Source: Pseudomonadota bacterium (GTDB lineage Bacteria; Campylobacterota; Campylobacteria; Campylobacterales; Sulfurimonadaceae). Taken from it: a DNA stretch of 64,000 bases. Position 1 is the first letter of the stretch, and each line of letters starts with the position of its first letter. The notes below the pieces were generated by a model. It saw only the letters and a list, made by a program, of their open reading frames with translations, searched no databases and was not told where the DNA came from. The position numbers and the translations under genes are program-made. Positions 37,690 to 49,000 of the stretch are shown one piece after another. The stretch covers positions 64,001 to 128,000 of the forward strand of contig JAZDQA010000011.1 in assembly GCA_043797085.1 (NCBI GenBank). The letters are read 5' to 3'.

Positions 37690-37910
37690 AGATTATAATT
37701 TTGTTGCCGACATTGATGTCGGTCGCACTTTTAACTGGGTGTGTTGGGAAAACTGTATATGTAGATCGTATCGTTGAAGTGAAAGTTCCAGTGCCGTGCA
37801 AGATGAAGGAAGTTAAGCCGGCCATACCAGGTGCGAATGATGCGGTGACGACAGCTGATATTGTGAGAGAACGGGATGAGTTGAGAAAATCTAATAATGG
37901 GTGTCAGTAA
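37686..37910 (+). CDS. Putative o-spanin lipoprotein
   Basis: LTGC lipobox; VEVKVPVPC; terminal Cys. Confidence 0.65.
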   Translation: MKIIILLPTLMSVALLTGCVGKTVYVDRIVEVKVPVPCKMKEVKPAIPGANDAVTTADIVRERDELRKSNNGCQ

Positions 37911-38969
37911 TCACTTACTGATATCATCCATCATATTAGAGGCTATCCTTGAGCCTTTCATGTAATTCATCGTTAGATACTTATTGATCGTTGTAGCATC
38001 ATTGTGACCTAGAGCACCGCTCATATGTATCGCATCAACTCCATTCTCAGCCATTGCTGAAACCATAATATTTCTAAGGTAATGTAGTGAGAACCAATCC
38101 CCTATGCTTTTTCTAATCATCAAAACTTGTTTATACCCACCGGTGATCTTTCCACCTGTTCTAGGAGATGTGAATACATATCCTTTTTTAGGCATGAACT
38201 CCATAAGGGCGATTTTAACATTAGGCGGTAAGAATATCTTTTGCTCTTCCCCATTCTTAGTATCCCTGAGAATGTACATGTCATGTGCTAGATCTACATC
38301 TTCAACTCTTAGGTTTATTATTTCTCCTCTACGACGTCCTTGAATTGCTAGAAGGAAAAATGCTCTAAAAAACGGGTCTTTTTCGTATCGCTCCATGATA
38401 TGATTATAAGCAATTTTCAACCGCTCAGAAGCATTTGCTACAATCTTCTTAGTCTTTGTATATTTAATCTTAACATCTTCACATGGGTTATGATACATGA
38501 TCCTATTTGCCCTGGCTATACGAAATGCAGGTGATAGTATCTCGATCGCCTGCTTAGCTGTACGTGCAGCATATCCACTTTTTATGAGGGCATCAACCAG
38601 GGACTGAATATGATCCGGCATAATTGATGATATTTTCTTATTTCCAAGTTTTGTTTTAACGTTACGATCATAGAATGATTTACGATCACGTTTGTACTCA
38701 CCCTCATCAAGTGTCGATAAATATTTATCAACCATATAATTAACGGTGGCATCTGAGCTTATTCCCTGCTCAACTTTTTCCTTGATAGATAGGAATTCTT
38801 TTTTGGCAACCATTAAACGATCGCGTTTTGATAGGTCCTTATTGGATAGATCTATGATCCCTCGATGCTGTTTTTTTTCAAACTCAAATCGATACCAAAA
38901 ACGATCATAGCTATCATTGGCTTTTAGGTTTTGCATTACAAGATTATTGAACTGTTCTTTAGGTGGCAT
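37911..38969 (-). CDS. int: Prophage tyrosine integrase
   Basis: GRRRGEI, TKNG, HYLR, LGH and KY catalytic motifs; adjacent to attR. Confidence 0.93.
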   Translation of the reverse strand: MPPKEQFNNLVMQNLKANDSYDRFWYRFEFEKKQHRGIIDLSNKDLSKRDRLMVAKKEFLSIKEKVEQGISSDATVNYMVDKYLSTLDEGEYKRDRKSFYDRNVKTKLGNKKISSIMPDHIQSLVDALIKSGYAARTAKQAIEILSPAFRIARANRIMYHNPCEDVKIKYTKTKKIVANASERLKIAYNHIMERYEKDPFFRAFFLLAIQGRRRGEIINLRVEDVDLAHDMYILRDTKNGEEQKIFLPPNVKIALMEFMPKKGYVFTSPRTGGKITGGYKQVLMIRKSIGDWFSLHYLRNIMVSAMAENGVDAIHMSGALGHNDATTINKYLTMNYMKGSRIASNMMDDISK

Positions 38970-38982
38970 ATTGTATCTTTCG

Positions 38983-39005
38983 GGTGACGGCTTTGGTGAC
39001 GGCTT
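38983..39005 (+). repeat. Paired GGTGACGGCTT direct repeats, putative arm-type sites (right arm)
   Basis: Copies at 38983-38993 and 38995-39005, same sequence as the left pair. Confidence 0.75.
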
Positions 39006-39110
39006 TCGAATGAATGATACTATAATTTTAGTGAATATGGGTGAAAGTAGGCAAGGTTTTAAGGGCGTGTGGTGAGGGATAGTGAGGAATGATTATGGAA
39101 GATAAAGCGA

Positions 39111-39155
39111 CTCATAACGGAGTTGTCGCAGGTTCAAATCCTGCTTGACCCACCA
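39111..39155 (+). pseudogene. 3' half of tRNA(CAU) at attR
   Basis: CTCATAACGGAG...GCAGGTTCAAATCCTGCTTGACCCACCA; CGGAG pairs with CTCCG of the 5' half at 776-780. Confidence 0.9.
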
Positions 39156-39224
39156 CCTTCAAACCTCACAATCACCGAAACTTCAAGCCTTTTTTGAATC
39201 ATAATAATAATTGTATTTTTATAT

Positions 39225-39248
39225 TGGGTACCGCTTTGGGTACCGTTT
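39225..39248 (+). repeat. Paired TGGGTACCG(C/T)TT repeats, putative arm-type sites of element 2
   Basis: 12-bp period, same geometry as the prophage pairs. Confidence 0.6.
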
Positions 39249-39506
39249 AAGTTATTGACTTTTGTTGCTCTGGTGCAATTTGCTTATTCTTAATTCTATC
39301 AAATTATTTAGTTTTTTAATGCGGATAGTGTTCAATTTATTGATACTGGAGTTCAAAAGAAGGTATACATTGAAGAAAGTTACTTATATTTTGAATTTTT
39401 CTATTTGATTCGATATTGCAGAACTTTCTTGATCATTTCGCTTATGAGCTGTAGAGAGTTGGCTATTGTTACTGAATAACTGATTTTATCATATTCGTAA
39501 AATCAG

Positions 39507-39701
39507 TTATTCCAATATACCATCAGCTTCAAATGTGTGTTTTTCTATCCATGCGTTTATCTTACTTCTACTGTAAAAAACAAATCCTCCAATCTTTGAG
39601 TACGGTATCATCTTTAGCTGTCTGTACTTCGCTTGAGTACTCACTGCAATCCCAAACTCTTCCAACAATGTTTTAGTATTTAACCATTCGTTGCTACTCA
39701 T
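39507..39701 (-). CDS. Excisionase-like HTH protein
   Basis: Similar to 973-1161 (FGIA..T.A.YR....YSK.G..V.Y). Confidence 0.7.
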   Translation of the reverse strand: MSSNEWLNTKTLLEEFGIAVSTQAKYRQLKMIPYSKIGGFVFYSRSKINAWIEKHTFEADGILE

Positions 39702-39735
39702 AAGTAAAACCCTCTTTTCAAATTATCCAGGAGTG

Positions 39736-40398
39736 TCATCGATATAGTCCCCTTTCGTCATCGTCGCCATTTTGATTTTTTTGTAACTCTTTATGTTTGC
39801 GGCACCATGATGAAAAAGCGCTGAGCCAATTAACCCAAGCCCCTCCAATCATAGAGTTATGTTCAATAAACTTCTCATATTCCAGTCTTCCATTGACAAC
39901 ACCTAGGCGTTGTGCAGCCTCCAAACATGCGGTATAAAGATCATGCTCAATATACCCAGCCGGCAAATCTACAAGGGCTGTTTTTTTTGTGAACTGGAAT
40001 TTATGAGGTTTTTTATCTTTTGGTGCTGTTAATTTAGGCGGTTTTGATTCGCCGTCATTTGCGTTTTTCTTTATTTCGGGTTTGCGCTTCCAACTTATCC
40101 CTTTTTCTGTTAGGCAGTAAGCAGGGGTGGTGTTTTTGTTGATACATTTGATGATACCCTTATCCTCAAGTTCTTTTATGGAGCGTGATATGGTCGATAC
40201 GCTTCCAAGAAACGGTAATTCTGCAAGTATTTTTTCCCGATAGAGAAGGTAGTAAATATTATCATCATTGACATCGTTAGATTTATGACGAGTAGCCCAG
40301 CTCTCTAAATCAGCAAAGACACCCATAACAGGGATTGTCCTTAGTCGTAATTTCCACTCATTTACCTTTTGTAAATTTATACACATTGCAAATGTCAT
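39736..40398 (-). CDS. Winged-HTH, replication initiator-like protein
   Basis: KILAELPFLGSVSTISRSIKELEDKG; C-terminal W.NW.SAF..W. Confidence 0.5.
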   Translation of the reverse strand: MTFAMCINLQKVNEWKLRLRTIPVMGVFADLESWATRHKSNDVNDDNIYYLLYREKILAELPFLGSVSTISRSIKELEDKGIIKCINKNTTPAYCLTEKGISWKRKPEIKKNANDGESKPPKLTAPKDKKPHKFQFTKKTALVDLPAGYIEHDLYTACLEAAQRLGVVNGRLEYEKFIEHNSMIGGAWVNWLSAFSSWCRKHKELQKNQNGDDDERGLYR

Positions 40399-40609
40399 AG
40401 TAAGCTTACCTCCGTTTTTATTTTATTGCTACTGTTGTAATATGCTGCATTTGTTCATTTAAGAAACTTATCGATCTATTTTCTAAACAAGTGAATGTAT
40501 TCTTCTTGCTTTAATCTCACGAATAATAGTTTTAAAATGCTATAATTAAACACTAGCTAAGCTAATTGTAGTGCAATATAGAACTTAAAGTCAATAGTCA
40601 AGGTGCAAA

Positions 40610-41026
40610 ATGAGTAATTATAAAGAAATAATGGATAGATTGAAACTTTATTATGGTGTTAAAACGTATAAGGAAGTGGCTAAAAAGCTTGCTATAAGCT
40701 ATGATACTGTGAAATCTTGGGGAAATAGAGATAAAGTCGTGATTGAGACTTTGCTTGAATGTATGCAACATGAACCTGTAAGCGTAGATTGGCTTTTAAG
40801 GGGAATCGGTAAAATGCATATTAAATCTATCGAAGCGCAAATTCAAGAGATGAACGATGAGAATAATATGATGCTAAGTCCTGAAGAGGATGGGCATTTA
40901 AGAAAAATAAGTGAAGATCTAAATAATATAAATTATATCAGAGAGCTGTTGCAGTATGCACCCAAACCATTTATTGAGCAATTAATCACTCGACTCGAAG
41001 AGTTCAAAAAGCTCTCAGAACTCTAA
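40610..41026 (+). CDS. CI-type HTH regulator
   Basis: RLK..YG....EVAKKL.IS..TV.SW..R and VSVDWLLRG. Confidence 0.75.
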   Translation: MSNYKEIMDRLKLYYGVKTYKEVAKKLAISYDTVKSWGNRDKVVIETLLECMQHEPVSVDWLLRGIGKMHIKSIEAQIQEMNDENNMMLSPEEDGHLRKISEDLNNINYIRELLQYAPKPFIEQLITRLEEFKKLSEL

Positions 41027-41924
41027 ATAAAAGTTTTTTCTCTTTTAAAAATAGACTTTTTATTTATAAAAAGGCTATAGGATAATTTAGTATAAGGATT
41101 GTGTGCATATTTGCACGACCACTTGACCGAATATGGATGACCTCGACCGATATTGGTCGACCTAAAAAATCGCCGCCATTTGAAATTTCAATTCAAAATT
41201 ATATATTCATTGGGCAATTATCGCATATAGAGGACTGCAGGTGTATGGGGATGGGGAATCATCCCCCCCTAAAAAGTCTATGAGTATAAATAGCAAAATA
41301 AATTTACACTACGGCAGCATTGTGTCTCCACAAAAGAAATATGATTATTTTAACGGCTACGCCATCGCTACTGAAAATATTGAATAAATTGCTTCCACTT
41401 TGATACCCTGCAATACCACCGATTTATCTCTAACCTTAAGCCGATTTCACCTAAGATCGGGTTCTAACCTTAAGCGGTATGTATTTCTTAAGAAAGTCCC
41501 ATTGAAACTGAAACTAAACATATTAAAATCTTTAAAATAATATGTTTTAGTAGTGGAACGCGTATTTTTCCGTAATTTCCGAAAAGATTAAAATTCCCGC
41601 ACTCACCACCCCATTCCCTCCGAAAAAGTACCCATCTCGATGCGCGTCCACCACGAACGAACCCATTTTATTATAAGCTACGTTCTTGCAGGTCATTCTC
41701 TCAATAAAATCCGTAAATCTCGAAAATAGGTTAAAAAAATTTCCAAATGGCGGCAAAGCGGTGGAGGTGGAGGAATTGTGCGATATTTACTGTTTTGAGT
41801 CTTTAAAATCGTGTGTAAGATCGATTGTCCGACGTTTTCTTTGTCGGGTGCGAACCATTTTACACGGTGAAAGAGTTTTTAGGTGAGAGGCTACGAGCAT
41901 GGATGATTTTGGACTACAAAAGCC

Positions 41925-42113
41925 CTATTGTTTTCCTACTGTTTTCCAACCATTGCTCACTTCACCAATATATTGTGTTGTTCCAGTGATCTTATTCATT
42001 CTAAAAGGATAATTACCAACCTCTCTATACTCCCAAACTCCATCGCTCCACAAATAACCTATAAAGAGAGCACCGATCATAGCGATAAACTTTAAAATAT
42101 ATTCCTTATTCAT
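41925..42113 (-). CDS. Small membrane-anchored protein
   Basis: N-terminal TM segment; RMNKITG; overlaps the upstream gene. Confidence 0.5.
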   Translation of the reverse strand: MNKEYILKFIAMIGALFIGYLWSDGVWEYREVGNYPFRMNKITGTTQYIGEVSNGWKTVGKQ

Positions 42114-42303
42114 TACCCTTTATGAGTTTTTGTAACTCAATAAGCTTTCTAATCTTTTCTTCGTCGAGATCATTTAGCTTACATAATACTCCAATTTTCA
42201 CAAATTCAAGCAGTTTAGGAAACTTTTGCTTCCAGCCTTTGATTGTATTTTCACTTTTACCGAGTATTTCCCCGATCTCTTTGTATGTAATATCTTTTTT
42301 CAT
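42106..42303 (-). CDS. Small HTH protein
   Basis: TYKEIGEILGKSENTIKGW. Confidence 0.65.
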   Translation of the reverse strand: MKKDITYKEIGEILGKSENTIKGWKQKFPKLLEFVKIGVLCKLNDLDEEKIRKLIELQKLIKGNE

Positions 42304-42447
42304 ACAAATATATTATCTAAAAAATCGAATAAAATCAATTTTACTCAATAAAGTATCCTATAAGATACCTTGTTAATATATTTTTAAGTCATACTATAGG
42401 ATACTATCAGAGATATAAGTATTGAATAAGATATAAAAGGATAAATT

Positions 42448-43038
42448 GTGAGACCTATTGGAACGACAAGAGCTAAAAAGCCAATCCTTAAAAAAGAGTT
42501 TGAAAGACTCGTCCGAGCATGTAACCACAGTACGGAGATCAAAAGTACAACAAAGGTGAAGCTTATTTCAGCGTTCACGCTTTTATATATGACTGGTTGC
42601 AGGGCAGGGGAGATTGTGAATATGATGAGATCGGACGTAGAGCAAATGATAAGAGAAAATGAATATTCTCTCACAAACGCTACTAAGACTAAAACATCAA
42701 GGCTGATAAGCTTCGATGAGAGTCGCCAACAAGTAGAGTTTTTAAAAAAGATACTTCCTCGCCATAGTACTTATCTATTTGCCCGTAACAATTCAGACTC
42801 ACCCATGACCGCGAGCGCATTGAAACTTTTGATGAATACATTTATCCATAGCGTACTGGGTGAACTGTACTCGTCACATTCGTTTAGAGCAGGATATATT
42901 ACGGCATTTCATCAACAGGGATTAAGCCTTGAGCATATTCGCCAAGATATAGGACACGCTAATATCGCGACGACAGCGCGATATGCTACTGTGACAAACG
43001 AGGAAATTTCACGGAGTAAGAATTTTAGAAACTGGTAA
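42448..43038 (+). CDS. Minimal tyrosine recombinase (catalytic domain only)
   Basis: TGCRAGE, HSFR, IGHANIATTARY; 196 aa. Confidence 0.85.
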   Translation: MRPIGTTRAKKPILKKEFERLVRACNHSTEIKSTTKVKLISAFTLLYMTGCRAGEIVNMMRSDVEQMIRENEYSLTNATKTKTSRLISFDESRQQVEFLKKILPRHSTYLFARNNSDSPMTASALKLLMNTFIHSVLGELYSSHSFRAGYITAFHQQGLSLEHIRQDIGHANIATTARYATVTNEEISRSKNFRNW

Positions 43039-43127
43039 AATCGTTTTTACATAATCATCCAATAACATCTTAGAATATTAAGTGTTAAATAGATATGCTT
43101 ATAGCAATTAAAATTAGATGGTGATAT

Positions 43128-46016
43128 TTGAAAAAAGCAATATACCTACCTACGGGACAAAATACCCTCGTCGTATCTGAATTTGACGGATATTGTGAAA
43201 TTTTTCTTGATGGTGAATACAAGACCGTTCCAAAATCAGATATCGGTGATGTAGCAGCATCGATAGCATCCGTTTCGCTTCCCAGTCTCGAAGAGCATAT
43301 TTTTGCTGACTATCTACGTAAGCCTATCTCTGATTTACTTTATTCGTTCAACACAAACCGTCTCAGCCCTGAACCGCACCAGTATAAACCGCTTATCAAA
43401 TTTCTCAATTCTGAAAACAACCGCATCCTTATAGCCGATGAAGTGGGATTGGGAAAAACCATCGAAGCAGGGATGATTTTCAAAGAGATTGATCAGCGCG
43501 AAGATCTAAAAATCTCATTGATAGTTGTTCCTTCATCTCTTACCTACAAATGGAAAGAGGAGCTTGAAATCCGCTTTGATGAACATTTTAGGATACTAAA
43601 ATCAAATGAATTTATACAATTGATTGATGAATTTGATGGGTTTCATGAGGGAAGATCGTTTAATGAAAAAATTATCATCTCCTATCATACCCTCCGAGAT
43701 GAGAGGGTAATAAAAAAGCTCCGCAATAGTTTCTTTGAAGTTGACTTTCTTATAATGGATGAAGCCCATACTATGAGAAATGCGGGAACATCGACGTTTG
43801 AAAGTGGAGAAATTATCACCGCATTAGCCGATCATATTATATTTTTGAGTGCAACCCCTGTTCAAAACAGCCTTAGTGATATTTTCAATATTCTCTCATT
43901 GCTTGATAATGACTATTTCAAAGACTATGACTATTTTACAAAAATGATTGCTCCCAATGCGGTGATCCATAAAACGATTGCAATGCTTCGTAATCATAAT
44001 TCTCTCGAAGAGATTAACGGTTTTTTGTATGAAAAGGGGTCGTTTGAGGGTGAGTTAGGTCAAGTGGTTGGATCACTCATGAAACTGAATAGCATTGACA
44101 GCGAACAACGAATCCATTTTATCAACTGTCTTATACAGTGCGATCATTTGAGTTTTATTATCAATCGAAGCAAGAAAAAAGACGTAGGGCGCTCCATCCC
44201 ACGAAATGCCACCTCCGTCATCGTGAACATCACCGATGCTGAACAAGCGTACTATGATAGTGTTATCGAATTTGTTAAATTTCTCAACCCCAGCACACCC
44301 CAAGGTTTTATCACCATCATGCCAGAACGAATGGCGAGTTCGTCGATGATCGCTTCGTTGGAGAGTTTTATTTCGATGCGTAAAAGCGGGAAACTTTTTA
44401 TCAAAGATATCGAAGATTTAGAAGATTATTACGATGATATTGACATCCGAGCCGAAGCAATGAACTATCTTGATGCGGTGATTGAACGAGGAAGTGCTAT
44501 TGGTATCAATGATTCAAAATTCCTTCGTTTTGATGAAATCGTACGTGATCTACACAGCCAAAACCTTCGTCAGATGATCGTTTTCTCATTTTTCAAAAAA
44601 ACGCTTAATTATCTCGAAATCAAACTAACAGCATTAGGATATAAAGTCGGAAAAATACACGGAGATTTTACCATCGAAGAACGATTCGCCAAGATCAAAG
44701 AGTTTAAAAAGGGTAGCTTTGACATTCTCCTTTCCAGCGAAGTAGGTTCGGAAGGGTTAGACATGCAGTTTTGTAATGTTGTCATCAACTATGATCTCCC
44801 ATGGAATCCAATGCGAGTTGAACAGCGTATAGGACGTATCGACCGTATCGGTCAAAAATTCGACAAACTTCATATTTTCAATCTCTGCATCGAAGGCTCC
44901 ATCGAAGATCGTATCTATAACCGTCTCTATACCAAACTCGATATTTTTGAAAGCTCAATTGGTGAGTTGGAACCCATTTTGGGAGATCTGCAAAGCCGTC
45001 TCAACATCGCAGAACTTATCCATCTTACTCCTGAAGAGGTCGAACAGCGCGTCCATCTCCAAGAACTTGCCATCACTCGTGAGAAAATAGAGATCGAGGG
45101 GCAAACCGCTGAAGTGGAAAAACTGATTAATGACGATTACCGTTTTGAGAGCGAAAAAGAACAATGGATAGGAGCTGAAAAAACAGCTTACCTTCAAAAA
45201 CAAGTTCGCCGCCTCTTTTTAGCTTTTTTAGAATATAAGGGAATCGGATTTAATGAGCTAAAAGACGGTACGGTCAAGCTCACAACAGATAATACAAAGC
45301 GCCTAATTGGAATACTAAAAGAGCGAATGAGCGATAAACGCACACAAAGCACACGTTACAGAGATGAATTTAATGCATTACGTATACTTAACAGACAAAA
45401 AGAACTCCGTATTACATTTGAGTCGAATAACAACGATGATTACAACACCCTATATCTATCCCTCTCTCATCCATTTATAATGATGATTTCCCCAAACAAA
45501 AGCGCTACACCGCTTTACACTACTATAGCCCACCCAAACTCTTCAAGCGCAGTAGGTGTCATCTATCGTGCTGATATTCATGCCCGAAAGCCTAAATCAT
45601 CGTTGTGCATCACACTTCTTCATGGTTCAGGAATGGTTGAAACACTTGATTATTTTGATTTTATCACTCACGCTACGCAAGTTAATGAGATCAGTACAGG
45701 TGATGCAGACAGTATTAAAATTAGAACAATGCCACACATTATGAGTTATATCGAAAAACTAAAGTCGGAGGAATCCGAAACACTTTATCGGCTTATCGAT
45801 GTAAAGATTCAAGCTCTAACCAACTACTACGACAAAAAGATAGCCCAAGCCAAAAAGATGGAATCAAAGGTGAAAGAAGAAGGGGTATTGCGGATGCGTG
45901 AAGCGCAGATCGACAATCTAATCGAGGATAAATACTCCAAGATCACTGCACTCGAAAAACAGCGGGATATTGCGGGGAGTTTTGAGATTTTAGGGATAGT
46001 TGGAATTGGAGAATGA
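43128..46016 (+). CDS. SNF2-family helicase/ATPase
   Basis: LIADEVGLGKT, DEAH, SATP, GSEGLDMQ, YDLPWNP, EQRIGRIDR. Confidence 0.92.
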   Translation: MKKAIYLPTGQNTLVVSEFDGYCEIFLDGEYKTVPKSDIGDVAASIASVSLPSLEEHIFADYLRKPISDLLYSFNTNRLSPEPHQYKPLIKFLNSENNRILIADEVGLGKTIEAGMIFKEIDQREDLKISLIVVPSSLTYKWKEELEIRFDEHFRILKSNEFIQLIDEFDGFHEGRSFNEKIIISYHTLRDERVIKKLRNSFFEVDFLIMDEAHTMRNAGTSTFESGEIITALADHIIFLSATPVQNSLSDIFNILSLLDNDYFKDYDYFTKMIAPNAVIHKTIAMLRNHNSLEEINGFLYEKGSFEGELGQVVGSLMKLNSIDSEQRIHFINCLIQCDHLSFIINRSKKKDVGRSIPRNATSVIVNITDAEQAYYDSVIEFVKFLNPSTPQGFITIMPERMASSSMIASLESFISMRKSGKLFIKDIEDLEDYYDDIDIRAEAMNYLDAVIERGSAIGINDSKFLRFDEIVRDLHSQNLRQMIVFSFFKKTLNYLEIKLTALGYKVGKIHGDFTIEERFAKIKEFKKGSFDILLSSEVGSEGLDMQFCNVVINYDLPWNPMRVEQRIGRIDRIGQKFDKLHIFNLCIEGSIEDRIYNRLYTKLDIFESSIGELEPILGDLQSRLNIAELIHLTPEEVEQRVHLQELAITREKIEIEGQTAEVEKLINDDYRFESEKEQWIGAEKTAYLQKQVRRLFLAFLEYKGIGFNELKDGTVKLTTDNTKRLIGILKERMSDKRTQSTRYRDEFNALRILNRQKELRITFESNNNDDYNTLYLSLSHPFIMMISPNKSATPLYTTIAHPNSSSAVGVIYRADIHARKPKSSLCITLLHGSGMVETLDYFDFITHATQVNEISTGDADSIKIRTMPHIMSYIEKLKSEESETLYRLIDVKIQALTNYYDKKIAQAKKMESKVKEEGVLRMREAQIDNLIEDKYSKITALEKQRDIAGSFEILGIVGIGE

Positions 46017-46017
46017 A

Positions 46018-49000
46018 ATGACAGAACAAGAACTATACATTCGTAAGAAAAAATCTAAATTCGAAGAAGAAAAAAATACAGATTCATATAAACGTGTACA
46101 GCGTATGGCAAAAACACTAAGTATCGATCTCTATGAATCAGAATCTCATTTTATATATGAATTGATACAAAATGCACAAGATAATGATTACAATCCCAAC
46201 GTATTTCCGGAAATTTCTTTTTATCTTTTAGATGATGGTATTTTGATTCAAAATAATGAAGTCGGATTTAATCAAAATAACATTAATTCTATCTGTGATT
46301 TTCATGAATCTACAAAAACAGAAAATAAAGAACTTGGATATATCGGAGAAAAAGGGATAGGCTTTAAATCTGTTTTTACTATTTCTGATACACCTGCTAT
46401 TCATTCAAATGGGTATAGATTTTATTTCAAGAAAGGTGAGTACATCGAACCGTATTGGATTGACGATTTTAAATCATATCCTGAAAAATTTGCTGATGAA
46501 AACTATACATCTATTTATTTACCATACAGTCATGATTTCAAACATATCGATGATATTAAGAACAAAATAAAAGACATAGAGCCATTCGTTCTTTTATTTC
46601 TTGATAAATTAAAAAAGATTTGTATTTATAATCAAAATGAGCTGGTTTTAGATGTCTCAAAAAAAATCAATAAGAACGGCAGTTCAAATGAATTGATTCT
46701 AAAAACAACTAAAGCAAAATATGACTTTATCACAATTAATAAAATCATTTCAAGACCAGAAAACCTCATAGAACAAAAACGTGAAAAGATCAAACACAGA
46801 GAAATTATTTTTGCATTTCCATTAAATGAAATTAAAGATGATAGAATTTTTGCTTTTTTACCTACACATGTAAAATCGGGGCTTCCATTTATCATACAGG
46901 CTGATTTTATATTAACCGCGAATCGTGAAGGAATTTCTTTCACTGAGGATTGGAACAATTGGCTTGTTGTTGAATTGCAGCAATTTTATGAAGAGGCTGT
47001 AACAGTTTTCCAAAATCATGATTTATTAAAATTCACTTATTTAATATATTATAAAAAATCTAATAATGGCAACAATCCAGTTTTTAGCAATCTTTATGAA
47101 AAAACTATCAAATCTATCAAAAATAAAGAGATTATTTTAAATGATAATGGAAAATGGGAGAAACCAGAAAATATTCTCATTCTTGACGGTATTGATTTCG
47201 AAATTAATTTACTTAAAAAACTCTACGGTACTAATTTTTCTGTAATACATCCTGATTTTAAAATTGATAAAGATCTAATCGTTAAATTCAATATCGAGAA
47301 AATTAACAAAGATAAACTCATTGATAGAATATGTCGCTATTTAGAAAACAAAAAAAACATTGAAGTAGGTGAGTTAAAAGCATTTACTTCCTTTTTGGCT
47401 GATTACGAAACGGATCATTTAATTCGAAGAGTAAAAAAAATATTACCCATTCTACCGCTTTACATGCAAGAGACAAAAGACTATTATGATGCTAATGATA
47501 TTTATCTATCAGATATTTATCAGTCTTCTTTTTCAACCGAGAGTATGATCAAAGACATCAATATCGACTTTACAACATGGAATTTCTTATCTGATTATTA
47601 TTTATCAAACGAAAAATTAAAAATTTTCATTGTGAAAATTTTGGGTGATTCGAACCAAAAAATCATTAATTTTTTTGAAACTCATACCGATATATTGGAA
47701 GCATATTTATATGCAGACATCGAAAATAACTATCCAAAAGTTTTGGATTTTTTAATCGAAACGAAAATTGAAGATCAGATTATTAAAAAACTACCTTTGA
47801 TCCTTACTAATCAAAATAAATTCAAATCTGCATTTAAAGCTACCGATATCTATTTTTCTCATTCAGGAACAGAATCTTTAGAGGTATTAAACTCCAATCT
47901 TTTCAATATCCTCAATCAGAATCAACGCTATAAAGATCTTTTTGTAAGAGTGTATGGGATTAAAACAGCCGATGATGTGACTATCATTATGGATCAAGAT
48001 CTACGTTGGTTTGAGCAAAACAAAAATTCAAGAAACAGCGAGAATGATCTTCACATCTTGAAGCTAACAAAAAAAATCATATATCATCTCGATAACTTTG
48101 ATGAGAGTCAAAAAAAACAGTTGAAAAATAAAATACTTTTTATAGCTACAAACTCTTCAGATAACTACATAAAATCTGAAAAAATTTATCTCTCTCAAAA
48201 TCTGCAAGAAGCCATATATGGCACTGATTCAATAGAAAAATTTATTGTCACCGACAGAAAAGAACTTTTTGATTTTTTGGATGCAAGGTATGAAATTATT
48301 TTTGAGGAAATAGATGAAGCAAAAATTATTCGATTTATGCATCTGATTTCATTTTCAAAATCTCTTAGAAAAGAAAACACTGAGTCTTTTATCAAATCCT
48401 TAAAACCTGATTTGCTAAAAGATGAAAATCTCAAAGCGATCAAGTTAATAATAGAAAACAACCCAAATTCAGATTTTCTGAAAACTCTCAAAGTTTACGA
48501 TCATCTTGATCGTTTAGATGAAGTTCAGAATCTATACTTTTCAAAAATTGGTGATACGAATATTGCCCATTTAAGCGATGAGTATAAAAAAATGAATCTT
48601 GAATGGGGAAATTTCAAACAGTATTTTAAAGAATCTGGTAAAAAAGCCAAAGACATTCAATACATCATTTCATACCTTCAGTCCGAATCCATCGATTGTA
48701 TTGAAGCAGAAAAAGTATTTCGATATATCGATACAGAAGATTTATCAAATCAACAAAGTTTGCAAAAATTCTTCAAGACACATAAGTTGATTTTTGATGC
48801 TGAAAATAATCGAAAATATCTTGATGATGCTCGCTGGAAACGTGATAAAAGTGGTAAAACGATTTTATCTGAAATTTATACGCATGATTTAGAGCGGTTC
48901 TTTGTCAAAAAGTTGGGTTTATCTGATGATATCACTATTCAATCCGTGATTGATGAACTCAAGGCTTTTGATAGAAAAAGTTTCGAGTATTATGAATTAT

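Larger units (their letters stand above)
781..39120. mobile_element. Complete temperate prophage (lambda-like head, P2-like contractile tail) carrying a DGR
   Basis: 10-bp direct repeat CTCATAACGG at both ends; integrase, xis-like, repressor, replication, terminase, portal, capsid, baseplate, sheath, tape measure and lysis genes all appear intact. Confidence 0.95.

Noticed and set aside
750..39155. Archaeal-type split tRNA joined by trans-splicing
   Set aside because: No complementary leader or trailer; prophage insertion with a 10-bp core duplication explains the halves.
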